The notes: generated from the letters alone by a model not told the origin. A stretch of 64,000 bases of DNA from Prorocentrum cordatum (GCA_963575745.1 CAUYUJ010000181.1:248001-312000), one strand, 5' to 3'. Positions 1-13,957 are shown, counted from the stretch's first letter. Program-made: numbers and translations.

Positions 1-1239
1 ACACGCTGTCGGCCCCGTGCTGGAGCCGACCATGTTGCTCGAGATTGATCGTCGCACAATTTGATATGATGCATGCGCCAATAAAGGTGTTGAAGGCATA
101 AGACCCCACGATGCCCGCGCACTTCCGCCGAAACGCTTGCCAGCAACTCGCCGGACCCTCGCCAGGCTCTCCCGCTTCGCTCTCGAGCTCCCAGGACTCG
201 TAGCTGTCGAAGGGGGCCGGCCAGCTGCTGCTGAGGTCAGAACTGCAAACCGACGGCCTCGCCGGGCAAGAGAGAAGGCACAACTCCCCCACGCGGCCGA
301 GAGGAAGGCGGGGCAGGGCAGGGCGGTGGGGCTCCCAGCGAAGACCAGGGCAGGGCGGGGCGGGCCGCGCGAGGACCGGGCAGCCCCCCCCCCCCCGGGC
401 AGAGCCCGCTGGCCCCCACAGGCCCCCCGAGCAGTCCCGGCTGGCAGCGGCAGGCCCCCGAGCAGTCCGGGGCGGTCTCAACGCCTCGGTCCTGGGGCGC
501 GGAGCGGCCCTGCAGGGGCGCCGCCAGAGGCGGCGCCGAGGAGTTGAGACCCGGACTGCCTGAGGAGGCCATCTGTTCGCAGCCCGCAGCCTTGCCCATC
601 GGTCGGAAGCAGCAGGCAGAAACATGAAGCAGGAAAGCGCCAAAAGCAGATGGGGTTCCGTCCGCCCCCCAAGGCGGATGGAAAAAGCGGAGCCACTCGA
701 TCATTGAAGTAGGAAGGCGCTTGAAGTAGATCGGAATCTGGGAGCGAGCGCGTTTCACGGGCGCTTGCCTTGGGAACATTCGGCGGCGCGTTTCGAACAG
801 AGCCCCCCCCTCCCAACATTCGGCGCCGTCGATCAGAACCAGGGGAACTCCCCTCCCCCCTAACCCAGGCTGGGGTCCCCCCCCCCGACCCCCTCGGGAA
901 AGGAGAGTGGGGGATTCTAACTCCTCGCCCAACCTTCTCTCTTCCGGCTCCTCCCCGGGGGGGCTCGAACCCTCCCCCCTCAACCTCCCCAGGCGCCGCC
1001 GCAAGCGCAGGCGCCGGCCCCGGCGGGCAGCGCCGACGGCGGGGACGCAGCGACGATGACCAGAGAGGGCCCAGAGGCCGCAGCGGCTCTTAGGAAGGTC
1101 CAGGAGACGCCCAAGAGGCGCCCAGAAAGGCTCACACATGCTCCTCGACGCCCCCGAGACCCCTCTGACGAGACCCCAAAAGGCATCCATTAGAACTCTG
1201 ACCCAAAACCAAGGCACGGCGGCGTGAAGACCCGAAGGC

Positions 1240-1770
1240 CACACCATCACCACCACCACAAACCACCACCACACCATGCCACCACCTCCACCACCACCAC
1301 CACAACCCACCACCACCAGAACCACCACAACCATTACAAACCACTACACCAACACCAACGCCACAACCACCACCACCACAACTCACCACAACACAAAACA
1401 ACCACCACCACCACCACCACAAACCAACTCACCACCACCATCACCACCACCACCACCACCACCACGGGCACCAAAACGCACCACCACCACAACCCACCAC
1501 CACCACAGCAAACCACCACCACACCACCACCACCAACCACCACCGCCACCGCCACCAGCACCACCCGCCACCCACCACCACAACCAGCACCACCAGCAGC
1601 AGCACCAGCAGCAGCAGCAGCACCACCACCACAAACCACCACGCCACCACCACACCACCACCACCACCACCACCACCATCGCCACCACCACTACCACCAC
1701 CATCACCACCACCACAACCACCACCACCACAAACCACCACACAACGACCACCACCACAGCCACCACCTCC
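1240..1770. repeat. Degenerate (CAC)n microsatellite
   Basis: Visible directly. Confidence 0.95.
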
Positions 1771-4476
1771 TCGTCGATGCTCTCCGCCAGCGCCGCCAGC
1801 CGCCGCCGACGCTGGGTATCCAAAGACACCTACTTTCAACGACCGATAAGTACCTGGGAGGGGTCGGGAGCTTTCGTTACACCCCATCCTGTCCGAGCTT
1901 CCCCGGGTCTCGCGCAGCGACCTGAGGCTGAGGCTCCGCAGCGGAGAGGCTGGGATCATCGCGAGGATCGCCTTGCAGGCTGGAGCGATCTCTAGCCCAG
2001 ACTGCTGCGGAGGGAAGAAGAGGAGGAGAGTGAGAGGAGGACCACTGTCCGACGCAAGCGTGGAAGGGGTTGGCCGACCCGACCCAGACCCCAACCTGAT
2101 ATCCCTCCTGTCCGTGCCTCCCGCCTCCTCCTCCTCCTCCTCCTCCTTTTCCTCCTTCTCCTCCGCTATCGGCTTCTCCTCCTCCTCCTCCTCTTCCTCC
2201 TTCTCCTCCTCCTCCTTCTCCTCCTCCTCCTCCTCCTCCTCCTGGTTCTAAGGGATACCGCCGATCCGCCGCACGTCTGGACCTCGGCGCCGACGCACGG
2301 AGGCCGTGCTCCCTTGCAGGAGCAGCTGGAGGAGATCGACGAGGCGCTGGGGAAAGGGGCCCAAGCGCGCCGACCAGGCTCGCACGCATCCTCCTAGTCC
2401 TCCTCCTCCTCCTCCTCCTCCTCCTAGTCCTCCTGATCCTCTCCCTCCTCCTCCTCCTCCTTCTCCTGATCCTCCTCCTCCTCCTCCTCCTCCTCCTCCT
2501 CCTCCTCGCCCAAGCGCGCAGACCCGGCTCGCAAGTGTCTTTTGTTTGTCGGGTGCTTGCGCTCCTGCGCGCAAGGCAAGACGCAGGCGCAGTGGTGGAA
2601 CTGTGGCACGGCGCCCAGGTGCACCAGGTGGCGCAAATCGAAGGAAGCGCACTACAGGGCAGACGCTGTGGACACCAAGTCGCCGTCGGCCTCGGTGCAT
2701 TGCGCGCCTGATCCAAAGGGGCCTCTCGGAAATGACTTGGAAACCTACACTGAAACGAGAAGGAGGAGGAGGAGGAGGAGGAGGAGGAGGAGGAGGAGGC
2801 GGAGGCGAAGGAGGAGGTGAAGGAGGAGAAGGATGTGAAGGAGGAGGAGGAAAAGGAAACTTCGTCGCTCAGAAGGCCCGTCCGGAGTCCGAGAAGATGA
2901 CTTACGCGAGGGCACGGCCAGACTAATCGAAATGAACCTGAGGCGTCGGTGACTCGAGATGGGTGCGAGCTGAAGCGGCGTAGGGTGCGGTCTTGACGGG
3001 GGAAGTGTAGCAAGGAAAGGATATACGCACGTCGCGTGGCGGATCCTGGGCTACCGTGTGATGAGTGCATGCGCTAGAGGCGGAAAGGGGATGGAAGGAA
3101 GAAGGAGGATGGAGGAGGGAGGAGGGAGGAGGGAGGAAGGAGGGAGGAGGAAAGAGGAGGAAGGAGGAGGAAGGAGGAAGGAGGGAGGAGGAGAGAGGAG
3201 GAAGGAGGAAGGAGGGAGGAGGAAAGAGGAGGAGGAGGAAGGAGGGGGGGAGGAGGACGCGGGAGCGCCCGTGCCAAGGGCTCGCCTGCAGCGTGCACTG
3301 CAGCAGCGGCGTCTCCTGCGCCCCGGCCCGCGCCCCGCGCCGCGCCTCCCACGCCTCCCCACGCTTCTTTTCGCCGGGGGAAAATACGACGCGAGGTTAT
3401 TGGCACGTCTCGGCCTCACCGGGCCCCAGGCCCGTCAACAACATGCCTCGCGACGTACCCGACTCGCCGTGAACTAAACATGTGGCGACCATGCCCAGGA
3501 CCGCTCAGTACGGATGCGCGCGTTGAAAAACCCGCAGTGCGCAGGAACACCCCCCCCGCGAGCAGGGAACCGCGTGGTCTCGGCTGGGCCTGCGTACAAC
3601 TCCACTCCGCAGACCTCCCAGGAGCCCAGAGAGGCGGCGACAATTACGCACTTCGCAGCCCACCCCAAGCGACCGCTGGAGGGAGGAAGGGAAGGAAGGA
3701 AGGAAGGAATGAAGGAAGGAAGGAAGGAAGAAAGGAAGGAGGGAAGAAAGGGAGGAGGAGGAAGAGGAGGAGGGAGGAGGATCAGGATGACAATGATGAT
3801 GACGATGATGGTGATGATGCTGCTGATGATGAGGAGGAGGGTAAGGATGATGATGCGGATTATATTTTTTCACTGAGCGCCGTGGGCCCCTATGTGTGTC
3901 TTATATTTGTAAGGTGCTCCTGCGAAGCATCTGCCGAGGAATCGTGATTCGTCGCTCTGATATACACTGACATCGGGAAGAGGCGGCGTGCGGTGACTTC
4001 GACCGAGACGACCAGCGAAGAACGCAGGGCGAGGGGGCCGCACCTAAGGCCGACGTGGCCCACGGTTAGCCCCGCCGGCCGACTCGAGAGCTGCGGCCGA
4101 CTGGAGGAAACGAATTAGTGCCTCGTGCGTTTCAACATCGAGCGCAACCTTTCGCTACCCATTAAAGTGTTCCAGCGAGCGCTGCCCCGCTCAATCCCGA
4201 GAGAAATCAAAAGAGCCTCAGGATTCGTGGGTTCCCTGGGGGCCTCCGCAACTGTCGCGGTGAGCTCAGGACCCCCCTGGGTTCCCAACGCATTCGAGGA
4301 AGAAGGGAACGAGGCGAGGACCGAGGAGCCACAGCGGGACTCGGCACGACCCAGGTCAGAGGAAGTCCCAGGCAGCACCGAGGTCAGAGGAGGAGCAGGG
4401 AAAGAACAATTCTCAGACGAAACACTCAGCGCTGCGGCGGGGCTGCCGACAGGCAAAGCAACCGCAAGATCGCCGC

Positions 4477-4610
4477 AGCAGGCTCACGTAGCAGCTCAGG
4501 TACATCAGCAGGCTCACGGGCCCGCGCAGGTACATCAGCAGGCTCCCGTACCAGCGCAGGTACACTAGCAGCAGGCTCACGTACGCTCTCAGGTACATCA
4601 GCAGGCTCAC
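4477..4610. repeat. ~30-bp tandem repeat (about 4.5 copies, core caggtacatcagcaggctcac)
   Basis: Visible directly, just 3' of the 4632 stop codon. Confidence 0.85.
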
Positions 4611-4631
4611 AATCGCGAGCTCGTCGAACTC

Positions 4632-5284
4632 TCAGCTCACCAGCTGCGCGACGTACTCCTGAAGCTCCCGCTCCATGAACGACGCTGGAGCCTTCCCCTG
4701 CTTGCGCTCCACCCCCGCCTGAACGCAGCGCGCGATCACCGTCTGGCGCCAACGTTCGTCTCGCAGCACGAAGCTGATCCGCTTCTTCCCTTTGTCGTGC
4801 GTCTTGTCCAGACGGCACATCCGCATCGTCTCCATCTTGTCTTCCCCCGCGCCATGCGCGTCGAGTCACTCCATCATGTCCTGAAGCGCCTTCGCGTTCT
4901 GGCCCCCCCGCTGCTTCTCCGCGTTCTCGAAGTCCCGCCAGTAGCCCCGCGAACGCCCATATGTAGGGTGCTCCGTGAGGGTGACCTTTTCCCGTCGCGC
5001 TTCACCGCCTCCGCGTAGTTGTAGGTCTGCTCCGCCATCTTCAACGCTTCCGCCCCGTCCGCGGGGCAAAGAAAAGCGTCGAATAGGCATCCTCCGAGTT
5101 CTCGCATCCCTTGCGCCACCCTCAGGAGCTGCTTGACCATCGCGAGAAGGAGCCGACGTAGCCCTTGGTCGCTGGCGCCTTTGAGCTTATTGTCCTTCTC
5201 GCCGTCCGCGCGAGCCTTGACGCGGCGCGGGTCGGCGCCCCCATCCTTCCTGTCGCCCGCGGCGGCCTGCAGCAGCGCGGGCAT
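4632..5284 (-). pseudogene. ~215 aa unknown ORF directly downstream of the LINE RT ORF (2 frameshifts, 1 stop)
   Basis: ORF pieces 4874-5284, 4866-5090 and 4632-4835 join by -1 shifts at homopolymers: ...AEQTYNYAEAVKRDGK-GHPHGAPYIWAFAGLL...QNAKALQDMME*...KQGKAPASFMERELQEYVAQLVS. Confidence 0.55.
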
Positions 5285-5401
5285 GGCGAAGCGGATGTCG
5301 CTCCACGAGGCGCGGGGCAGGCCGAGGCAAATGTTCTTCGCGAGCGAGTGTAGTATTCAGGTCAATAGACGAACTCGAGCCCACATATTTTACAGATAAT
5401 C

Positions 5402-8400
5402 TCAGGGGGAACCTGCAGCTCCCATGCTTGGTGGCCCCCGTCGAGGCCGACGCCTCCCAAGACCCCGAGACGCTTGTGCATGTTGTTTTGCGTTGTCTTT
5501 TGGGGCAAACAAGCCGCCGCAGTTCAGGCGCTGGTTCGCATACGCGCGGCATCTAAGCGGGCGCAGGACGCCGTGAGACCCACCGCGGGCCTTCGTCATA
5601 TGCGCCACCAGCTTCTTCAAGGGGTCAAAGCACAGGCCGCAAACAGCGCCCTGCGAGTCCGTCAGGTCGCACACGACCCCCCCCCCCCCCCCTCAGGTCC
5701 CTCCGTCTCCTTGGCTCTGGGGGGCCAGCTTCTCCCGCAGCCGATCCTCCATCATGAGTGGCACCTCCAGCAACTTCGCATCAACTTTCAGAAAGGCCTT
5801 GTTAACCTGGTCGCAACTCCACAACTCTTGCCAAGCCCTGCCAACCAGCGCCCACTCTTCGAAGAAGTCTTCCATGCCGCTGGTACCCTCCAACAGCATA
5901 AGGTCGCGAGTGAACTGCCTGGCCAACGGGCTAGTGCTCACCGTCAGCTTTTCCTTCGGCGTCGATCGGCGAGGGCTCGCCCTCCAAGCGTCCCCAAAGA
6001 GCTGCAATAACCTGTTGATGAGCCAGAGGGTGCCGCACCATGTCCTGTAGCCGGCGTATCAATTGCATTGCCAGAGCCGCCGTCGCAGGAACACCTCCCC
6101 ATCGTCGCATTAGTTGCTTATTAGTGAGAACCTTGACGTGCGTGTCGTGTGCCACCTGCGCTCCACCTTCCCACGCTCGTAACTTCTTGCAGATCTGAAC
6201 ATCAAGACGATGAAGCTCAAACTCGCTGAGTATGTAGCTGCACATGCCAGAAAGAGCGGCCCCCACAACCTTGCCCAAGAAGAGCTGTCGTCGTTATGTG
6301 TGAGGACCTTTGGCGAACCAGAACCTGCCCATGTCAGCCCATCCATTCTTTAGAGCGTCGACGCGGTAGCCGACCTCGACGTTCGCGTTATCGTTCCACA
6401 CATAGCGTCCCCAAAGGTGCCGTGCACGTGGTAGTATCCTCCCAGACCCAGGCTTGAAATGTGCTTTGAATTTTAGATTCTCCGTCGGCTTAAAAGTTCA
6501 GTGACCATCTCGCGCTTCTTCATATTCTGCTTGAAGCCCCCCTTCTCAAAGTCCGCGATTAGCAACGTCTGGCTCTCTTCGATGATCGCGTGTGCGTCAG
6601 TGGCAAGACCCGACAGGATGTCGCGCCGCTTCTTCAGATCGTCGGCGCACTGAACCACAGCGCACGGAACAGGGAGCTCCAGTATAGGTGTCTTGAATAG
6701 GAGTAGGTTGTCCTGAGCAGCACACTCTTCACGCCATCGTTGCACGGGTCGTTTGAATGCAACAGCGAACTCCTTGGGCGCCTCACAAGTCCCCATGAGA
6801 CCTCCACGACCGATGGCGAAGTGCAACGCCTCGCCACGCGCCTCAACCTCCACGATATGATGATGAATCCTGCCGTGAAGCAGAGCCCAGTCCACCGGGT
6901 CCGCCAACTCCTCTACGGCCTCCCCCAGCCACTCCAGCGGCGTGCAAGCAAAAGCGTTCGACATATCCAGCAATTCCGAGACGCTGCGAAGGCCTTTCTG
7001 TCTGAGTGCGTATCCCACGCACCGCGTGACCATCATTGCGCCCTCTCGCACGCGGCGCGCAAAGTAGCCGCGACAGGTCGGGTCGAAGTTCAACTCGCAC
7101 TCACGACAACTCGGCTTCCGAAGGAGACCACCGAAGTAAAACTTCCAGAAAATGCAGACCAGGTGAATGAGCCTCTTGCCGTCCAGACCTCTGAGTCCGC
7201 TATGTTTGTCCAGGGCGAAGCCAAAATACCAGTGCGCAGCTGCAGGAGCGCAATCAGCTCGGCGCACACGAAGTAAAACCTCCTGCACTTCCAACCGACA
7301 GCTGCGACAAGACTGAGCGACTTCTTCGATCGGTGGTTGTCCCAGTCCCCGCGGTGGTCTCCTCGCTGCAGTGCAATGTCCAGGTTCGATGCGGCAAAGA
7401 AGAAGCTCGGCTGGAACACTCCGCAGCACTGATCCCCTGCGCTTCCCGCTCTTTCGCATTGCCCAGATCGTGCGACGTAGATCGCGTTCAGCATGTTCTT
7501 CAAGGTAAGCACTCTTTTCTGTGAGACACGCGGCCGTAGTACCACGACGGGTGAGAAGCTCAGCTCGATCAACGCGCACTGCTGACATGCCTCCCTCCGC
7601 ACTCGGCTTCGCCATGTACGCCGCAACTGCCGCAGCCGACGGTCGCGACTCAGGCGTCGTGAGATACTGCCTCCGTTTGGTACCCTGAGCTCGTTCAGCC
7701 AACAAGTGTGCAATGCGATGTATCTCGCAAGTGTGCCCCAACTTCTCCGCCTCGACGAGGTCCGTCTCCAGTGGCACACGTCCCTCAGCTCGTCGCCTAC
7801 GTGCCCATTGTCTGGGCTGCTTGGTGAGCCGCTTGATGGGTTCCACCTGCTCGTCGTCGCCAGTGGAGTCGGACCCTCGCGAGCCCACCTCAGCCACTCG
7901 TACTCGTTCCTCCGCTCGAAGCGCCGCTAGCCGTCGCCTCTCAACGTGCAAGCGTGCCTCTGCGGTACTATGTCTATCTGGCGGGTGCTTTCGAAAGTGT
8001 GCCTGGCCAGCTTCCTGCACAAGTTGCAACACCAGGCTCCAGTGCTCGTCGACTCGCCTATCTTCTCTGAGGGATATGAACTCATTCTCGTGCTGGGTGA
8101 ACAGGTCCTCCAATTGCAGTAAGAACGAATCGCGACCTTTGCCCGTTTGAAGTGCTTCCGATAGCATCTGAAGGTCCCATGTCATGAGCTTTTTTTCGGC
8201 GGAGTTAGAGGCTCCATCTCGCATTTCCAGAATATAATCGAGAACGAGCAAAAGCGGTAGATGATCACGTGGGCGCCGATCAGGTATGAGTTGAAGCCGT
8301 CTCCCATGGTAGTAGCTCACCTTACAATCGAGGACGTTCCCCATCGCAGACTCTGGGATGAACCAGTGGTCTATCGTAGAGCTCGCCCCGTTGGCACCGA

Positions 8401-8960
8401 AGAAAGTGGGCCCACCCTCAGGATACCAAGTACTAGGTGAACACGACTTACTTACGAGTCTGGCACAGCTGCTCCGCAAGGTCGCCCGACATGTTCTGCT
8501 TTGCTCTGTTATATTATCCAGCATGTTCCTCTGCCACAGGAACCCCATCACTTCGTTCTTCAAAGCCACTGTTCACATCCATGCCCACAGCAAGAAGAGA
8601 GCGGGCGCGCGTGCCCTCCACGATATGATCCACCCACTGGTGCGTCGCCTTCACCGCCGCTTCGTACACGGCGATCTTCCTGCCCGTGGCGCCTGTAGGT
8701 GGTGGATATCCGACGACCAGCGTCACGTCGAACTTGCCACTCTTCACCCGCACCGCCCCAGCTCTGCCTTGGATTGCTTTCGGCGGCGTGAAGATGTCCA
8801 CCACGCTTTTGATCCTAAACTGTCTGCCCAAGATAATTGTGCAACCTGCTGACCGGTTCGTCCACGCTGCAGCAGCCCATCCGGAGTGAATCGCAAGGTA
8901 CCCGCCGCCCAGCTTCTCCACCTGATACTGACGGCCAGCCCAACTTCGAATGCGCCGAGG
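5402..8960 (-). mobile_element. Degenerate non-LTR retrotransposon (LINE): APE endonuclease + reverse transcriptase + C-terminal C2H2-like zinc fingers
   Basis: APE motifs VVGYPP, GMDVNS, SSTIDHWF, RDHLPL. RT motifs KRLIHL, LLDMSNAF, GGLMGT, QCADDL (YADD-like), QNMKK. CGLCF..LVAHM....H at 5600-5650. Several frameshifts. Confidence 0.85.
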
Positions 8961-9047
8961 GAGAGGGTTGCGCCCGAAAAGGAAAGTCGGACGAGCGCTG
9001 CCCTGTCGCGCTGCTGGGATGCGGTCTGAGCCCAGGTGCGCTTGCGG

Positions 9048-9472
9048 ATTATGATGCTGATGCTGATAATGATTATGATGTTGACGAAGTTGATACTGAT
9101 GACAGTGCTGCTGCTGGTGATGATGATAAGGATGTTGTTAATGAGGATGATGATGATGATGATGATGTTGATGCCGATGATGGTGATGCTGAATATGATG
9201 ATGATAGCGATGATGATGATGGTAATAATGATGATGCTGAAGACGATTATGTAGATAATGATGACGATGATGATGATGATCATCAACATGATCCTGATCA
9301 TGATGATGATCATGCTGATGGTGGTGATAATGCAGATGATGCTAATGATGGCGATGATGCTGCTGCTGGTGATGATGGTGATAATGAGGCGGATGAGGAG
9401 GAGGAGGAGGAGGAGGAGGAGGAGCGGATGGCGAGAAGGACAAGGAGGACGAGGAGGAGGACGAGGAGGAGG
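9048..9472. repeat. (GAT)n then (GAG)n microsatellite
   Basis: Visible directly. Confidence 0.95.
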
Positions 9473-11321
9473 AATACAGACCAAAATGTGCTATGCAAAA
9501 CAAGCAGCCAACACGTAAGGGTAGGATACAACTCAGGATGAGAAGTCTGCGCCGAGAAAGTGGTCGAGATCTCCAGAGCTTCAGAGGTGGACGTTCTGAA
9601 ACAATCACGCATTCGGAGGTCTGGGCTTCTCGGGTCCTCCTCTCCCTGCCGGCTGCACGCAGTAACAGGCCCTGGGCACGGGTAGCCTTTTTTGCGCGCG
9701 GCCTGCAAGTCGTTGCGCGCGATGCGGCAGCGGTGGCCTGCGTGCCTGGGCTTGGCCCCCAACCCGCGCCCCCCGAACGGCGCACGCCAAAAAGCCGCTC
9801 CGCTGCTGCTCGCCCTGTGCCAACGCCTGGCTTCCTCCTTCATTATCCGCCGTCCCGCCGCCATTCCTCAAGCGCCATCCCGACCCGGCCTGCGCGTTGC
9901 TCCACCGTTATCGGGCTCCCTCTTCTAGCCGATCGCATCATCCAGCCCCCCTGTAACATCCCCCGCCACCCTGCGATGACCATCCTGGTCCATCCTGCCC
10001 GATCCTGATCCTTGCATCCTCCTTGACTACGACCGTCCTCTCCTTCTATTCATCCTACTCCCCTGGCCTCAAACCAACATCTGGTTCAGCGCGGCTGAGT
10101 CTCCTGGCTGCGCCATCTGTGCAATGTACCTGCCTGCGTCTGTGCGGGAGGTGAGTCCTGCGAGTATTGAACGAGAGGGCCCTGACAATTCTGAGACAGC
10201 TCCCAGCCCTAGGATCCATAATGACAATTCTGCCTCAACCACGCAAACACATGGAGAATTCGACGTGCCGGAGAGCTTCGTGGCCAACGAGGCGTTGAAC
10301 ACAGGGCAGAGTTTCGAAACCGCGTGGCGAGCCCTGGCGAGCGGCACCATCAACTGAAAGGCACTGGTCGTCCATGCCTCTTCCCTCTTGCCTCCCGCTC
10401 CTGACATGTTTCGTTCTGGGTCCGGAGATTCGTGTCGAAGTGTAGTTTCACATTCTGGCTTGAAGTGTCCAGATGCTACAAGTACAGACGCACGCATTCA
10501 CCTGGGACCAGCCGTCTGCAAACTGTACGATGCACCGTTTGGACAAGAGTGTCTCATGGAGTCACTTCATAGCCTGATTTCCCGATGGTGATATCAGACC
10601 GACGGCAATGCAGGTTGACCATCGGTGCAAATCCACGCCGTCTACCTAGCCACGGCAGTGGGCATAGTACGAATCAGACAGCCGCCAGGCAGACCCAAAA
10701 CGCAACCGAGGCTGACCTGCAATAGAAGCAACCCGTGCAGAAAACCGTGGCCTGGGAGAGAACAGCGGAGCACCACCGTCTCAACTCTGGTCCGGAAGCC
10801 GTTCTGGAGCGCTCACGGAGCACGGCCCAGGGATACTCGATGCCCGTGCGGAGAGCCAGGGATGGGCGACCACATGTGAACCCTACCCCTGGCCCCCCAC
10901 GACTTCCAAGGGGAGGGGGGGGGGGTCACTTCGCTCGGGAGCTCCCGAACAAAGTGACCCCCCGTCCCCCCTTAGAAGCCGCGGGGGGGGGGGGGGGTAG
11001 GGCCGAGCTGGGCCTTCTGGCGGGAGCGGCCCGGCCCCCTGCGGCGGCTCCGCAGCACGAGCCCCGCCGGGGCCCTCTCGGCAGCGCGGCCGGGCACTCC
11101 CGGGCAGCGCGCCGCGGCGGCGGCCCCGGCGGCGCGCCGTGCCCGGCGAGCCGCGAGCGTGCCGCTCTGCTCTGGGGCGGGGGGCCTCGCGAGAGGCTCG
11201 GAGCGTGGGCGCCCGGGGGCCGGCAGGCGCGGCCAGTCGTGCAGACTGGTGGTGCGGGCGGTTGCCACTGCTGCTGGGGGGCCGCGCCGCGCCCCACGGG
11301 ACGTGGTCGCGGGGCTGAGTT

Positions 11322-11518
11322 AAGGGGAGCAAGCAGTGGCATGAACATAAAAACTCGGAGGTCCGCGCGGATTTCTCGGATCGGCGCTGGGGCCCCCCGG
11401 CGACGCCTCCGGCGCCGCCCCCGGCGCGCTCCGCGCGCCAGGGAGGGGGCCCCAGCGCCGATCCGAGAAATCCGCGCGGACCTCAAAGTTTTTATGTTCA
11501 TGTCACTGTTTGCCCCCT
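11322..11518. mobile_element. MITE-like palindrome, family A copy 1
   Basis: ~75-bp inverted arms (cagtggcatgaacataaaaactcggaggtccgcgcggatttctcggatcggcgctggggcccc and its near-perfect reverse complement) around a GC-rich core. Confidence 0.8.
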
Positions 11519-13334
11519 ATGAAATTCGCAGCGCGGTGGGTCAGAGCCGGACGGACGCCACGCCGCGCAAGCCGAAGCATCCCGACCGCGGATGGCTGCG
11601 GAGGGCGTCCGCCCTTCCGTCCCCCATCTGTCCTTCAGCGGTTGTGTGTGTGTGGGGGGGCCTCCCCTTGCCCCACGTCGCGGTACTCTCGCTCCCCCCC
11701 ACGCCGCGGCGCCATTCTCGGCACGCCGGCGGCGCCCGCCCGCTCCGTTTTCGCTTCCGCCGTTCGACCACGGCCACCCCGACATTTCGTCGTCCGCCTG
11801 GCCCTCCTCATTCCATGCTCCGCCCTTCGCTCCCTCCTCCTCCTCCTCCTCCTCCTCCTCCTCCTCCTCCTCCTCCTCCTCTTCCCTAGTCGTTCCTTCT
11901 TCCCCACTCTGCTCCCTCCTCCTTCGCCTGCTGCTGCTCCTCCTCCTCCTCCTCCTCCTCCTCTTCAGCTTCCTCTCTGCTCCCTCCATCTCTTTGACTG
12001 TTTCCTCTGGCTCCCACTCCTCCTCCTCCTCCTCCTCCTCCTCCTCCTCCTCCTCATCCTCTTTCCATCCAATTTGCTCCTCCCTCCTCTTCGTGTCCTC
12101 CATTGTTCCGTCTCCGCCAACTCCCCTCTGCTCCCACATTCGATTCCTCAGCATCCTCTCTCCCGTCGTCGTCCTCAATCCCCTCATCCTCATCATCCTC
12201 CTCTTCCTATTCCTCCTCGTCTTCCTCCTCCTCCTCCTCCTGCTCCTTCCAACTATTTCTCCTTCACAGCATCTGATATATTTCCTCCATCTTGACTTGT
12301 TCGTTAGCCTCCTCATGAACCTCGGACGCGGAGAGGCGGGGAGGGAGGGGAGAGGACAGGGGAGAACAGAACACTGGCACGCGGGGGAGGCAGGGGGAGG
12401 GGAGGGATGGAGTGTGCGGAAGAAGGAGGATGAACATGTGGATATGAGGAGGGATAGGGAGGTGAGGAATGTGAGAAAAAAGGGAAGGAGAAGGGTTGGG
12501 GGAGGGAGGGAAGGGAGGGGAAAGGGAAAGGAGGACTGGGAGAGGAGGGGTGAGGGAGGAGGTGAGGGGAAAGGATGAGGACGGAGGGAGGAGGGGACAG
12601 GACGAGGGATGAGGAAAAAGAGGAAAAGAAGGGGGAGGACGAGGAGGAGGAGGGAAGAGGGGAGGGAGGCAGGTAGGGGCAGGAGGGGAGAAAGGGAGGA
12701 CGAGGAGGGGGGGAGTGGAGGGATGGGCTGGGACGGCACCCGGGGACAGTCCGAGGCGGAAGGGCATCACACCCGCCGATCGAACCAAAGAGCTACGACC
12801 AATGGGGGGAGAATTCTACGAGGGCAAGTCGCATTTCATATTGGGAATGGTGAAAAGGGATGCGTACCTGTTCAGTGCTAGTGACCACCTCGCCTCTATA
12901 AAGCACAGGTGTGTCCGGAACCTCTGATCTAAAGTCTGTAAAGATCCGATGCAATCGGTCGGGTATGTAGACTTAACAACTTTATTCCGAGCTCTTGGGG
13001 GAGGAGGAGCGCGCCCGGCCCTGGACGGCGTCCCTGGAAGTCCAGACCCTTTCCCTGGGGCCAGTTTTTCGTCCTGAGTTGTTTTTTGACGGTCCCGAGG
13101 CCCGGCGAGGGCCCCCCGGGACCGAAAACAACCAAAAACCTCCCGTCCTGATTTTTTCACGACGCGATCATGTCTGGGGGGGGAGGAGGAGCGCGCCCAG
13201 CTGCCTGCGCCGCCCGCCTCTCCAGCCCGACCCCTCCCGCCTCCCTGCCGCGCAGCCCCCTGTCCCTCTGCACGAGGGGGGGCGACGGGCGGCCTCTCGG
13301 CCCCCGAGGCCGCCGCGGGGAGCTGCCCTGGCCC

Positions 13335-13957
13335 GTTCTCCTCCTCCTTCTCCTCCTCCTCCTCCTCGTCCTCCTCCTCCTCCTCCTCCTCCTCCTCCTC
13401 CTCCTCCTCTCCTCCTCCTCCTCCTCCTCCTCCTCCTCCTCCTCCTCCTCCCGTCCACCCTCCCCCTCCTCCTCCTCCTCCTCCTCCTCCTCCTCCTCCT
13501 GCTCCTCCTCCTCCTCCTCCTCCTCCTCCTCCTCTCCCTCCCTTCTCCCCCCCCTGCTCCTCCTCCTCCTCCCCCTCCCCCTCCTCCCGCCTTCCTCCTC
13601 CTCCTCCTCCTCCTCCTCCTCCTCCTCCTCCTCCTCCTCCTCCTCCTCCTCCTCCTCCTCCTCCTCCTCCTCCTCCCCCCCTCCTCCTCCCCTCCTCCTC
13701 CTCCTCCTCCTCCTCCTCCTCCTCCTCCTCCTCCTCCTCCTCCTCCTCCTCCTCCTCCTCCTCCCCCTCCTCCTCCTCCTCCTCCTCCTCCTCCTCCTCC
13801 TCCTCCTCCTCCTCCTCCTCCTCCTCCTCCTCCTCCTCCTCCTCTCCTCCTCCTCCTCCTCCTCCTCCTCCTCCTCCTCCTCCTCCTCCTCCTCCTCCTC
13901 CTCCTCCTCCTCCATCCTCCTCCTCTCCTCCTCCTCCTCCTCCTCCCTCCAGCACAG

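Noticed and set aside
3560..3680. Plus-strand AYNS...ITHFAAHPKRP resembling a GT8 glycosyltransferase C-terminus
   Set aside because: Too short; no supporting exons found
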